Source: Octopus vulgaris (taxonomy: Eukaryota). Taken from it: a stretch of DNA of 64,000 nucleotides. The translations under genes and the position numbers were made by a program. The notes beneath the pieces are model-generated. The model saw only the letters and a program-made list of their open reading frames with translations, did no database searches and had not been told where the DNA came from. The DNA is taken from assembly GCA_951406725.2 (NCBI GenBank), contig OX597818.1, positions 3,286,001 through 3,350,000 of the forward strand. The letters are read 5' to 3'. This document shows, piece by piece, positions 12,850-26,394 of this stretch (positions are counted from its first letter, which is position 1; every line of letters starts with the position of its first letter).

Positions 12850-13104
12850 TATAATATATATATATAAATAAATATAATATATATATTTCAGGAAAATAGT
12901 GTGTAGGTGAGGGAAATTGAAATTTTGAAATACTGTTTTGTTTTTTTTTGTTTTTTGGTGGGGGTTGCAAAAAGAGGTGGGGTGCATGTTCTACTGGTCT
13001 GCCATTCTTTTTGAGTTTTAATGTACAATGATCTTAAACAATTTATTGAATGGTTTAAAAAACAAAGACTTGTTTTATTTGTGAGTAAAAAATACATTTT
13101 GATT

Positions 13105-13325
13105 TAAAAATTCAGTAACATTATTGTCCATTATTTACATTTGACGGATATTTGTCCTCATCTTGTTTGTTGTTAACATGTTTCGTCTGATATACCCTCC
13201 AGCCTTCATCAGCTCTCTTGGGGGAAATTTCGAACCTGGATTCCCATTCCTAAGGTATTTTTTGATTTTATTATTACTATTCAGGTCACTGTGTGGAATG
13301 CAACTCAGTATCTTGGGGTTTCCGG
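13105..13325 (-). mobile_element. Penelope-terminal-repeat-like remnant with decayed hammerhead
   Basis: Minus strand CTGATGA-a-ggctgg...tcagac-GAAAC-atgtt at 13172-13220. Confidence 0.55.
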
Positions 13326-13528
13326 GTTTCAATGGCGTATGTGTTCCCCAGCTGGACGGGATGCCAGTCCATTACAGCATTACTCATTTTTGCCAGCTGA
13401 GTGGACTGAAGCAACATGAAATGAAGTGTTTTGCTCAAGAACACAACGCGTTGCCCAGTCCAGGAATCGAAACCACAATCTTACAATCATGATGCTGACA
13501 CCCTAACCACTATGCCACGCGCCTCCAC
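13325..13528 (-). mobile_element. tRNA-derived SINE with Nin/Deu-like central domain (second copy ~24600-24740)
   Basis: agctgagtggactgaagcaacatgaaatgaagtgttttgctcaagaacacaacgc...ggaatcgaaacc, A/B-box-like head on the minus strand. Confidence 0.75.
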
Positions 13529-13639
13529 ATATATACATATAGTTGTTTTTTTATTAAATCTATCTATCTATTCCTTTAATAAATCGAAAGCATTTTATCA
13601 TTAAGAGCTCCAGATATTTGCCAATCCAATCTATAATAT

Positions 13640-13840
13640 TGGTTTCAATTTTAGCAAAGGCCAACAGTTTCAAGGGGAGGGGGAAGTTGAATACATCAAC
13701 TCCAGTGCTCAACTGGCATTTATTTTATAGAAAGGATGAAAGACAAACTTGACCATGGCAGAATTTGAACTCAAAATATAGAGATGGATGAAATGCCACT
13801 TAGCATCTTGCCCAGCATGCTAATAGTCAGCTCGTTGCCA
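13640..13840 (-). mobile_element. SINE family C remnant (fuller copy on + at 25870-26085)
   Basis: Shared gagttcaaattctgcc..ggtcgactttgcctttcatcctt and ggcgagctg..ttagcatgc motifs. Confidence 0.65.
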
Positions 13841-14099
13841 TAATTTAATCTATAATATTGGTGAGGAAATGTTTGACACACTAAGTAGAAACAACAAAAA
13901 GAATGTAAAAGGAGGTAATAGCAACAGGAGTCACCTTATGGAAGAAATCTTTGAGGAGTAGGTGAATCGAGGCAGGTGACAGAAGAAAAAGACACTGTTA
14001 AAATTGCTCTATAATGATGTTAAGAAACACCTTTGCAAGCTAAGGAACACTGAGAGAAGGAAGGAAAGAAAGAAGGCTCAGGCAATGGAACTGATGAAA

Positions 14100-15365
14100 C
14101 CATCATCATCATCCTTTAATGTCTGTTTTTCATGCTGACGTGGGTTGGAAAGTTTGACCAGATCTGGGCAGCTGCACCAGGTTCCAGTCTAGTTTGGCTT
14201 GGTATCAACAGCTGGATACCCTTCCTAATGTCAATCACTTTACAGTAAGTGCTGAGTGCTTTTAATGTGCCAATGGCATGAGTGCTTTCATGTGGCACTA
14301 GTACAAGTGCTTTTAACGTTGCACCGACATGTGTGCCTTTTACATGACACTAGCACAGGACTCTTGCAAGCCAATCCTCTTCTCCAGGGGATGTGGCCTT
14401 AACACTTCTGCTGTGGAGGATAGGTCTTCTTGAGTACAGTACAGCAAGGCACCAGGTATTTTGGTCCTTTGTCATCTTATCTGAAATGATCTTCTGAGGT
14501 CATCCATCAGTACTTTGTCCCATGTCTTCCTGAGTCTCCCTCTTCCATCCACTTTGAGTGAATAGCACTTCTTTATGGAACTGTCAGCATCCATCTGCAT
14601 CACATGACCAAACCAGTGCAGTCTTCTCTTGCACACTACATCTAAATCCTCTTATGCCTAACTTCTCTCTCAATACACTAACACTCTGACAGAGCATACT
14701 GACCTCATTCCTTTCTAGCTTTCACATGTTCTCTGCATTCAGGACCCATGTCTCACTACCATGTAGAAATGAAGTTCATATGCATGCATCATACAATCTT
14801 CCTTTCACTCAGAGAAAGAATCCTTTGGTTGTCAACAGAGGTAAAAGCTTTCTGAATTTTCTGTGGCAGAGGCTTTGCTCCAACCACAGACATGGTCTGT
14901 TGCCCTCAGTAGATTGTCCATAGGAACTTGTCCTCCACGTCATATTCTTCTATCTCTTCCTCCTTCTCATCAAAGGCTTCATTAAGAACATCTCTAAATT
15001 TCTATTTGTTTGAAGGATCCTTGATCTTCCATAACTTCCTTTTTCACATTGGCTTGTCACTGAATCCTTCAGGTCCTAACTCTGAAGTCACTAACCACAG
15101 CCTATATTACATTATACATTCTTTCCCCGAAAAAGATTTTCATTTACTAGCATACATCTGTCCCTGTGTCTGGTGAGGATATTGTCAACCTAGCTGGTGT
15201 GACACCAGACTGATAAATGATCAGATGGTTGGCAGGTGCCCTGAAGTTGGTGTTGCAGACTAGTAAGCCATGAGCATCACAAAACTCCAGTAACCTTTTC
15301 CCCTCCTCATTTTTGGAGCCAAAGCCATAACCTCCATGCACAACCAGAAATCCACCAAGGTGTTT
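14100..15365 (-). mobile_element. RTE-clade LINE family B, internally deleted and decayed
   Basis: (CAT)n tail at 14101. Endonuclease remnant HGGYGFGSKNEEGKRLLEFCDAH (15147-15500). RT C-terminal remnants. Confidence 0.8.
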
Positions 15366-17370
15366 ATCGAAAATCCTTACAAATTTTAAAAGATCTATTT
15401 TTGGAGCAGAAATCTTATATAATTTCACAAAGTGTGCATGTATCTCATTGTTCAATATCATGTTACGTGTTTGATGAGTATGAATTAATAAGAAAGGCAA
15501 TCTTGAAACATTGAGTCCTTATTACTTCATAAAATTTGTACATAGGTTTGGACACGATGAAAACATTAACAAGTTCTAAAGGGTTGTCATTTCTCCATCA
15601 TCATGGTGGTTAAGTTTAGCTCCTCATTGTTTGTATGTCTTTGTTGTGTGCCAATTTTTTTCTGCATGGCTGGTTCCTGCAATTTGCCTCAATGACTGCT
15701 CTCACCTCCCACATGGTAAAGTGTTTGTCAAAATAATTCATAGAGAAATGTGGGTTCCAGAATACATACAGAATTTGTTACTTGAAATATTATGCAAAAC
15801 ATGATTGAACTTTCAATCCAATTCCCAGACAACATTTAATTAATCACAACAGAGGGTTCAATAACTGATCGATATTTTAACCAATTGCAACAAATTAGTG
15901 TGGAGAGTCAACAATTATATGGTCGCTACATATATAAACAAAACTTAATAATTTTTTAATGCAACAAACTTGGTCTCACTACAAAGGCAATGATGAAATA
16001 CACATATGCAAAACTTATGACAGTCTTCAATATATCTCTGTATTACCAATGCAAGGGATACCAAGACCAACAGCATCAAGAGCAAAATTTCATTTTAGAG
16101 ATTTCTGAATGAAAGAACTTTGAGAATTTATCAAAAAGTATCCCACGACAAGATTGCATTACTTTACAAAGTCCACAAATAATTCTTCAATCCATAAACA
16201 GCATGGAAAGCGAAGATAATCATGAACCATTTTACAAGAGCAGAAGGTATCTACCTTTCCAAAGAAGATAATTTTTGCGAATTTTCGAGTTTTGTTTTGT
16301 AGATATATGTGAAGTATATCAGTATGTATGTGCACGAGTCCTTTTTTTTTCCGTATTAAATTCCGATATACTCCCAATCTACACACTTTGAAATGTATTT
16401 GTTGAAAATTTCCTTGAAAAATGCCCATTTTTTGAAAGTTACGAGGAAAGAAAGCTGACTCTCAAGAAAAAAAAAAGGATTTCACAACAAATTCCGATAT
16501 AATCGAAATCTACACCATCTGAAGCACATTAATTGAAAATTTTATAAAAAAGATATCCATTTTTCTGAAAATGAGGAAACAAAGTCGGCAGAGCGGAGCA
16601 TACATGTTTAGGTATACCGGTGCCGGTGAAGGTACATGACTGTTGCAATATCTCAGCTTCTCCATTGTTCGCAGTATTACCTTACTCATACTTGCTCAAG
16701 TAATGACTGAACACTAAGAAAATATACAAAAGTGTGTATTTTTGTTACTGGAGAGTATAAATAAGTGAGGGACATCATCTAACATATTTAGTGTGTAATG
16801 TATAGCATTTCTTGTATATGATGTACAAAAATAAAAACACAACTCTCATAGTAAGGATTCGGGCGAGGTTTCCGGTTCGAAGATATGTTCCTCCCTGCTT
16901 TCCCTGTAATGCGTCATTGCCGCTTTCTTTCCCAACTAAAAGTTTAAAAAAATTCATTGACGTTAAATATAATAATAACTGTGTATTTCATAATTTTGCA
17001 TTACTGTAATTAGTGTAAAAGAGTTTACATAATTCTAGTATTTACACACATTATTATAGCTTAAGAGTAATATCTTTATCAACTTACCGTTATCAGCTGT
17101 ACAGAATGTATCAGTGTCCTGTACCTTTTTGTCAAACAAATAATATCGTTGTTGAAGTGGAGAATTAAAAAAGAATTTGTCAACTTTATTTTAGGACATC
17201 AACATTCATGATGCCGCTGACAATTTAGCCATAGTTTCGTATTTTGTCATACTGAACTTGGTTTCATTCCTTTTAGCTTTAGTTTCGGTGTGCGTATATA
17301 AAAATGGGTATGTCAATGATATAAAATTATGTGCATATTAAAACAAGGTACACGACACACACACACATAA

Positions 17371-17374
<4 letters not shown>

Positions 17375-17440
<66 letters not shown>

Positions 17441-17444
17441 ATAT

Positions 17445-17483
<39 letters not shown>

Positions 17484-17592
17484 AATATATATATATATTG
17501 AATATATATATATATATTGAATATATATATATATATTGAATATATATATATATATTGAATATATATATATATACATTGAATATATATATATA
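17375..17592. repeat. (TA)n microsatellite punctuated by TTGAA
   Basis: Direct reading. Confidence 0.95.
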
Positions 17593-17599
17593 TAATCAA

Positions 17600-18740
17600 A
17601 TACGAATTTGAAGCAGCTGGAGGTATATAAACCCGTCACAGTGCTATCCTTAAAGAATACCCGGATGTCGCTTGACCAGTATTCCATAGTCAGCATATCA
17701 AGCAGGAAGTCACCCACCAAATCAAGACTCGTGGTCCACTTGTTGCTGTACGATCCCCAAGATACCACCAGATCGTCTCAAGGCCATCAAGTGAGAATGC
17801 CAGCACATGCCCGACCTCAGAATCATCTGCCCATCCAGCAGCAACTGGTCCTCACCAATACACTGCATTCTTACGAAGTCATGAACCAATTGGCGAGTTT
17901 GCAGTGATTATCAATCACTAAATACCTGCACTGTACCTGATGCATATCCTGTCCTTCTTCTACAGGACTTTTCTAGCTTGCTCCATGGAGTTTGCATATT
18001 TTCAAAGATTGACCTTGTGCGAGCTTACAATCAAATCTCTGTAGAACCTGCAGATATTCCAAAGACTGCAGTCACGACACCCTTCAGAATGTTTGAATTA
18101 CTGTGTGTGCCTTTTGGTTTATGCAATGCAGCACAAACGTTCCAACATTTTATAGACACAGTTACCAGAGGTTTGCCTTTTGTCTATGCATACATAGACG
18201 ATGTACTCGTGGCCAGTAGCTCAGACAAAGAGCATGATCAACACCTGCCCCTGCTATTCCAAAGCCTGCGTGAATATGGTATTGCTATTAACCCCAGCAA
18301 GTGTTCATTCGGAGTTGCGTCCCTTCATTTTCTCGGTCACATCATCGATAAGGATGGCGTTCACCCACTTCCCGAGAAAGTCAAAGTCATCGTGAATTTT
18401 CCACCACCCACATCTCTCTGCAAACTGGGAGAATTTCTTAGCACCTTTTTACCCCACTGTGCAGAGACAGCCCAACAGCTCACAGATTTACTACAGCAAA
18501 CAAGCAAAAATAAAAACATTGCCCTCAGTGAAGAACAACTTGCCTCTTTTGCTAACTTTAAAAAAGCGTTATCCAACGCTACCATGTTGGTGTATCCCAA
18601 ACCAGAATTCCCACTGTGTACTAATTGATGCATCCGATTCTGGAGTTGGAGGTATGCTCCAACAACTCACTGACGGTATTTGGCAACCTGTATTCTTCTA
18701 CTCCAAGGGCTTAAAACCCGCCAAGACTAAGTACATCGAC
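17600..18740 (+). mobile_element. Ty3/Gypsy pol fragment (RT and start of RNase H)
   Basis: FSKIDLVRAYNQI, PKTAVTTPF, PFGLCNAAQTFQ, YIDD and DASD in ORFs 17978-18866. Confidence 0.9.
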
Positions 18741-18744
18741 CACA

Positions 18745-21255
18745 TTCAGATAGGGTTTTTTATGTGCCCTGGCATTGACCATGTTTGGATGATGCATTTT
18801 ACATTCCATTGGAATGGGAGCCAGTCAGGGGGCACTGACCACTGCTACAATTTTGATTTTACTTAACTCAACAGGTCTTCTCAAGCATATGCATCAGGGG
18901 TTCTCTTAAATGGGCTGGACATGCAACACTGGCTACAATCTCACTTTAGCTGCTGGGTCTTCTCAATCACAGCATATCTCCAAAGGTCTCTGTCTCTGGT
19001 CATTGGCTCTGTGAGGCTCAATGTTTGAAGGCCATACTTCACCCCCCCCCCATCCCATGTCTTCCTGGGTCTGCCTATTCCACAGGTTCCTTCCACAGTT
19101 ACGGAGTGGCACTTCCTCACACAGCTGTTCTTATCCATACGTAACACATGATCATACCAGCGCAGTCGTCTCTCTTGCACACCACATTTGATGCTTCTTA
19201 TGCCCAACTTTTCTCTCAGGACACTTACACTCTGTTGTGTATGCACACTGACATTACACATCCAGCGAATCATACTAGTTTCATTTCTTTCAAGCTTACG
19301 CATGTCCTGCTGTGTAGCATGGCAGTTCATACACATGCATCATAGAGTTTACCTTTCATCCTGAGCGAGAGGCCCTTAGTTGCCAGCAGAGGTAGGAGCT
19401 CCCAGAACTTTGCCCAGGCTATTCTTATTCTAGCCATTACACTCTCAGGGCAACCACTCCCACTACAGACTTGGTTGCCTAGGTAGTGGAAGCTATTAAC
19501 TACTTCTAGTTTTTCCCCTTGGCATGTGATGGAATATTTTTACTGTACATCTTCGGTGTTTATTGCCCCTGTGCATCTGCCACACACAAAAACTATCTTC
19601 CTATGAATCCATAGCTTACACCAAGTACATCATATGGAGTTTCTACCCACACCTTTTCTACAGATCGAGCAGGGTCATCTACCTGGAGGGGTTTGTGATT
19701 TGACAGCCTTCCTACTTAATAAGACTTTGGTTTTTGCCAGGTTAACCCTAAGACCCTTTAATTCTAGACCTTGTTTCCACACCCTAAACTTCATCTCTAG
19801 TTCTGGCAGTGACTCGGCTATTAGAGCAAGGTCATCACATAGAGGAGCTCCCAGGGATAGCCTGTCTTGAATTCTTCTGTTATTGCTTGGAGGACTATAA
19901 TGAATAAGAGGGGGTAGAGGACTGATCCTTGGTGAACCCCAACTTCTACCCAGAATTCTTCACTATACTTGTTGCCAACCTTCACCTTACTGACAGCATC
20001 CCTGTACAGGGCTTGTGCAGCTCTTACCAACCACTTATCTATCCCCACTTTCCACATTGACCACCAGATAGGGGATTGGGGGACCCTATCAAAGGCTTTC
20101 TCCAAGTCAACAAAAGCTAAGTACAGAGGTTTATCTTTGGCTAGATATTTCTCCTGCAGTTGCCTTACCAGAAATATAGCATCAGTGGTGCTTCTTCCTT
20201 GCATAAAACCAAACTGCATCTCATCTAGGCTAACTCTCTCCCTAATTAGTTGGACTATGACCCCCTCTGTAGTTATTTCTATCTAAAACATCACCTTTAC
20301 TCTTGCAGCAGTTGACTATGGTGCTGCTACACCAGTCATTGGGTATGACTCCTTCATGAACTACCTGATTTACAATGCAGGTGACAAGACCATAATCCAC
20401 ATCATTTGATATTTTAAGCATCTCAGTGGTGATTCTTGATAGGCCAGGCACTTTTCCTGTCTTCATATACTTAATTGCTTTATCTACCAGGGTACTATCG
20501 ATATGAGCAGCTGGTCTCTCAATTGGGTCAACCTTTAGGAGACTCTCCTCCTCCCATTCATTCTTCACATTCAGCAGTCTTTCATAATAGCATCTCCAAG
20601 CCTCTTTCTTTGCAGAATCATTAAACGCAAAGTCACCCAATTGATAGTTATCAGGTGGCTAGCTGGCTTCCTGAAGTTGTTATTGCAGATCAGTAGGTTA
20701 TTTGCATCACAGAACTCCAGGAGCCTAGTTCCTTCTTCATTTTTTGGTATCAATTCCATGGCTCCCATGTACACCATGGAAGATACCAGGTTGCTGTCCA
20801 ACATACCCAAAGATGAGAAAATCTCCAGCCACAAAGATGAGATTATTGTCACTTGTCTTTGAGGCAGCCTGCAGAAGAATATCATAAAAGTGATCCTTCT
20901 GTTCATTTGGTAGTCTCACATGTGGAGTGTAGGTAGAGATAATTGTAGTTATACCATTCTGCAAGATTAACCTGAGTTTAAGTACTCTATCGTACACCCT
21001 CACTACCTCTATGACCTTATCCACCCATTTCTTTGTTTCTTTGTAAGAAGTATGCCCACACCCCCTATTCCATGACTATTACCTTCCCAGAAGAGTTTAT
21101 ACCTATGTGCTTTGCCTGTGAGAACTCTGGCTGAAGCTCCTTTCCATCTTACCTCTTGTATGCAGCATACATCAACACGTCTCCATTCAAGCATCTCTAC
21201 AATCTCACTAGCCCTACTTTTCAATGTGCCTACATTTACAGTGCTAATTCTGAAA
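18745..21255 (-). mobile_element. RTE-clade LINE family B, decayed (EN+RT)
   Basis: TVNVGTL..IQEVRWKG, QFGFMQGRSTTDAIF, FVDLEKAFDRV, GVHQGS and RRLRWYDHV in the minus-strand ORFs. Confidence 0.9.
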
Positions 21256-21324
21256 ACTGGGAAAGAGATATAGGAGGCAACACAGGAATGGGAGATGTTA
21301 TTCAGCATCTGAAAAGAAGGTTCC

Positions 21325-22420
21325 CAGTTTATTTCAAGATTTCTTGCCAATAGAAAAAGAACCAGTTTCTAACCTAGATCCAAGCCTCCTTCATTGGAAT
21401 TTCAACATCAACAACAGGGTATTTTTGTTTGTATGTATGTATGTATGTATGTATGTATGAAGCTCTTGTGTTAAAGCAAAGGCTCAGATGGAGTGGTCAT
21501 CTGGTCAGAATGAAGGATTCAAGGATGCCAAAACAACTCTTTTATGGAGAGTTAGCTAAAGGAGAACAACCTCCACATAAACCAAAAAAGAGGTATAAGG
21601 ACTTGCCGAAGGCTTTCTTAAGAGATACTTGCATCTCTCCTGACACATGGGAATGCATAGCTATTGATTGTAGCAGGTGGAGAAGGATTGTGCATGAGGG
21701 GACAGCCACGTTTGAGAAATCTCGAGTTGCACATGAGAAAGTAAGAAGGGATGTCAGGAAGGGCATCGCTGTTACACTTCCAGAAGGGAAGGGTCCTCCT
21801 TTGATTCTGACATGCAATGTCTGTGCAAGACCCTGCAGCAGTAAAGCTGGACTCATGAGTCATCTTCGTAGTCATAAAGCGAGACAGATGAGTGACAACC
21901 TGGCCACTGGTGGTGGTGTTACACACCATACTAATCATATCTGTCAGGCATGTGGAAGAGAGTGTAATTCGGCAGAAGGACTAAAACGACATGCAAAGGT
22001 ACATGAAGCCCAGTTACAACTACAGCCGGCTATTACCAGTAAAGGTTTTAGTTGCCAATTTTGTACAAGACATTGTAGATCTTTAGCTGGGCTAAAAAGT
22101 CACATTCGATCACAGCACCAGTAACAGTTAAGCTTCGTGCAATGGCCATACTCGATAACGAGGGGGCAGCCATAATAATGTATGTATGTATGTATGTACG
22201 TATGTATGTATGCATGTGTGTGCAGATTTGTATGTTTTATGTATGTATTTACATGCATATAGTTGCATATCCAGACATGCTCATATATATATTTTAAATG
22301 ATATGCTTCTGGAAAGTTTTGTAGGTTTTTACAGTTCCCATGATGGATTGCCCTTGATTCAAACCCAACTATCTAGGTCTTTGATAAATATGGGATGATC
22401 ATTGCTGGAATGAAAACGTA
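21325..22420 (-). mobile_element. 3' end of R4/Dong-like LINE (same family as 31585-33000), split by an RTE insertion
   Basis: 21325-21430 and 22230-22420 match 31595-31700 and 31750-31940. Confidence 0.7.
21460..22179 (+). mobile_element. 5'-truncated RTE LINE 3' end with three C-terminal C2H2 fingers and (TAA)n tail
   Basis: [29 protein letters not shown]; three CxxC..GL..H...H motifs; flanked by (TATG)n on both sides. Confidence 0.85.
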
Positions 22421-22649
22421 ATAATGACTGTGCATAGTTTAGAATACTGCAGCCTGTCCCCAGTTGATTTAACCACACAACCATTATGCTATCTATTATA
22501 GTACAGTATTTTAATCTACAATATTTACAGCTACTACAGTGGTTAGTTACAATTTATCTTTGATATTAGTCATTAATTACAGTGTCTATCTATCATCATC
22601 ATGTCTATATCACTGGCATTAAAATTAATCTTTTTCAGTAAAACCAGTA

Positions 22650-24330
22650 CATCATCATTTAACGTCCGTTTTCTGCGCTAGCGCGGGTTGGATAGTTCGA
22701 TCGGGGTCTGGGAAGCCAGGAGGCTGCACCAGGCCCCAGTCTGATCTGGCAGTGTTTCTACAGCTGGATGCCCTTCCTAACGCCAACCACTCCGTGAGTG
22801 TAGTGGGTGCTTTTTACATGCCACCGGCACAAGTGCCAGGGGAGGCTGGCAGCGGCCACGATCGGTTTGTGCTTTTTACGTGCCACCGGCACAGAAGCTA
22901 GTCAGGGCGGTGCTGGCATTGACCACATTCGGATGGTGCTTTTAACGTGCCACCGGCACAGGTATCACAACTACGATTTCCATTTGACATTTATTTTGAT
23001 ATTTTGATGTTGTTGTACTTGACTCAATAGGTCTCCTCAAGCACAGCAGGTCACGTGCCACCAGCACAGAAGCCAGTCAAGGCGGCGCTGGCATCGGCCT
23101 TGTTCAGATAGTGCTTTTTACGTACCACCGGCATGGGTATCACAACTACAATTTCCATTTGATATTTATTTTGATGTTGATGTACTTGACACAATAGGTC
23201 TCCTCAAGCACAGCAGGTCGTTCTGCAATCCAAGGTACTTTGGATGGGCTGGGGCTATGCAAAACCGGTTCAGGAAACAGCCATGAACTCACATTATTTG
23301 TTGGGTTTTGCAGTCACAGCATATCTCCAGAGATCTCGGTCTTTCGTCATTGCTTCTGTGAGGCCAAACGTTCGAAGGTCATGCTTGACCACCTCATCCC
23401 ATGTCTTCCTGGGTCTACCTCTCCCCTGGATACCTTCATCTGTTTGGGAGTGGCACTTCTTCACACATCTATCCTCATCCATCTGCAGTACATGACCATA
23501 CCAGCACAAACGTCTCTCTTGCACACCACATCTGATGCTTCTTATGTCCAGCATTTCTCTCAGGGCACATACACTCTGTTGTGTGTGCACACTGACATTA
23601 CACATCCAGCGGATGATGCTAGCTTCATTTCTTTCAAGTCTATGCCTGTCCTCTGCAGTCACAGCCCATGTTTCACTACCGTGAAGCATGGTAGTTTGCA
23701 CACATGCATCGTACAATCTACTTTTCACTCTGAGCAAGAGACCCTTTGTCACCAGTAGGGGTAGAAGCTTTCTAAACTTTGCCCAGGCTATACTCTTTTA
23801 CTCTTTTACTTGTTTCAGTCATTTGACTGCAGCCATGCTGGAGCACCGCCTTTAGTCGAGGAAATCGACCCCGGGACTTATTCTTTGTAAGCCCAGTACT
23901 TATTCTATCGGTCTCTTTTTGCCGAACCACTAAGTGACGGGGACGTAAACACACCAGCATCGGTTGTCAAACAATGCTAAGGGGACAAACACAGACACAC
24001 AAACACACACACACACATATATATATATACATATATACGACAGGCTTCTTTAAGTTTCCACTCACAAGGCATTGGTCGGCCCGGGGCTATAGCAGAAGAC
24101 ACTTGCCCAAGATGCCACGCAGTGGGACTGAACCCGGAACCATGTGGTTGGTTAGCAAGCTACTTACCACACAGCCACTCCTGCGCCTATTCGTATTACT
24201 CTCTGAGCATCCACCTCCACTACTAACTTAGTCACCTAGGTAGCGGAAACTATCAACTATTTCTAGTTTCTTCCCCTGGAGTGTGATGGAATCTGTTTTC
24301 TGAGTATCTGTGGTATCTATTGCCCCATAA
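22650..24330 (-). mobile_element. RTE family B 3' fragment interrupted by a SINE
   Basis: ORF 23294-23752 (MLHGSETW, RRLCWYGHV, GRGRPRKTW); homology resumes at ~24190 after the SINE. Confidence 0.88.
23793..24188 (-). mobile_element. SINE family A, nearly complete
   Basis: Head ggcgcaggagtggctgtgtggtaag...gggttcagtccc through tail, reverse complement of the 12484 family. Confidence 0.88.
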
Positions 24331-25869
24331 AAGGATGATACATTGGTTAATTAAGAAGTAAGTATTAGAAGCAATATAGATTTTCAGTTACTACAATTGT
24401 TAAAGCGATTATGATTAAGGCTAAAACATCGAAGTTCGTAAACGGTAGATTAATTGTTGATGATGGTAGACTCTCATAGTCTGAGAAAGACGGTTCTGCA
24501 ATTTGTTGCTGAACAAGCTGGAGAAATAATTTGTTTATAGTGATCAAATATTTGTGCTCATTCCAACCATTGAGCAGATAGATGCATGGTGTATCACATG
24601 TCAGATGTTGAAGTGATTTCAGAGCAATGTGAGATGAAGTGTTTTGCTCAAGAATGCAACTTATGGCTTGGTTCAGGAATTGAAAACATGATCTTGTGAC
24701 AGTGAGTGCAATACCTTAACCACTAGGCCATGCACCCTCATAAATTAATTATTGCACATCTAATTTATATTCCTTGATTTTCTCATTAAATAATATGATT
24801 AATTTACCAAACTATATTTTGTGAGGGAGTGTTTGATATTGAACCAAAAAGATGAGAATGAGGTTTGCTTGCTTTGAGGGAAACAATTAGATTTGATCGT
24901 ATCTGATGTGATTCAAAACCGGAAACTATAGTGAACAGTTGTCTCTCACATACTTTATGTTGAGTCAGTCAGACATTTAAAATTACATTAATAATGGCCA
25001 ATGCTGATGCTGGTGTCATGTAACTGCCACCCATGTCAGGGCCACATAAAAAGCACCTTTCAAGCATTGGGCCTCATGGAGACAATGTGGTTAATGCTGA
25101 TGGGATGTAAGAAACACCTTTCAAGCATTGGGCCTTACGGAGGCAATAGCAAATGACTGACATCTTTGGCATTATGCTGTGCTTGAGAAGTCCTATGAAG
25201 CCAAGTGGAATTGTAGTCATGGCAGATACTGGTGTCATGCAACTAACACCTATGCTTGTGGTATGTAAAAGCACCCATTATGCTCTTGGATTGGTTGGCA
25301 TTATGAAGGGCATCCAGCCATAGAAACCATGCCAAATCAGGCTGGAGTCTGGTGTAGCCCCTCAGCTTATCAGCCCTGGTCAAACCATCCAACCCATGCC
25401 AGCATGGACAATAAGCATTAAGTGATGCTGCTGCTGCTGCTGATGATGATGAAGAAAACAAAAACATCAGATTATTAATTTTGGCAGGGGACAACTCAAA
25501 AATTTCATTTATTATAGCTTAAATGCGAACATATAGCAGAGCAGGGGTGAGTGTGATATTTGGTGGATATGAGCATAATTTCAAGCATGTTTCAACCTTA
25601 TTAGACTCACTTGGTGAAGTATATTAATTAGCATGACTTGCTAACTTACTAGACCTAAGATGGCAGAGATATGTGGTCAATTGAGGGTGAATAAACACTG
25701 ATAGAGGCTTTCCACTCAGCAACATGTGGTGTTTCATTATCTTTCAAGCTCCATATGTAACTAGCCAACTTAGTAGCTTTGCTTTTGTTCTTATGTTGAA
25801 AGCAATTTTTGAATTCTCCTTCACATAATCCAATATATATTCTTATCTGTTGTATTATTATTTAGGGTT

Positions 25870-26085
25870 AGGGCGGCAAGCTGGCAGAATTGTTAGCATG
25901 CCGGGTGAAATGCTTACCAGTATTTCATCTGCCACTACATTCTGAGTTCAAATTCTGCCAAGGTAGACTTTGCCTTTCATCCTTTTGGGGTCAATGAAAT
26001 GAGCTCCAGTTACGCACAGGGATCGATGAAATCAACTAGCCCCCTTCGCCAAAAGGTTTTCAAGGCCTTGTGCCTAGAATAGAAA
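25870..26085 (+). mobile_element. SINE family C
   Basis: ggcggcaagctggcagaattgttagc (A-box-like) and gagttcaaattc (B-box-like). Confidence 0.7.
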
Positions 26086-26394
26086 TAATTATTATTTAGG
26101 GTTGTAGTAACTTCTGCCTCATATATGATAGATTTAATCATACATTGTTGATCAAATGTACAAGATCCTGAACCACAACAGTTGTAACTGGATTTAGGCT
26201 CTTGGTATTGCAAGCATATGTATAAATATATTTTGAAGAATTGAAAGATAAGATTCTGCCTATTCCTGATTAATTTGTTGATATCTTCCAGCCTTGTAAT
26301 TTAAGGTAAAAGGAGGATCACTCTTTTACCATTTTACTTTTTACAATTTAGTTTTTGTGTTTTTGTTTTCTGTTTTTCATTTTCCATTTTTTAT

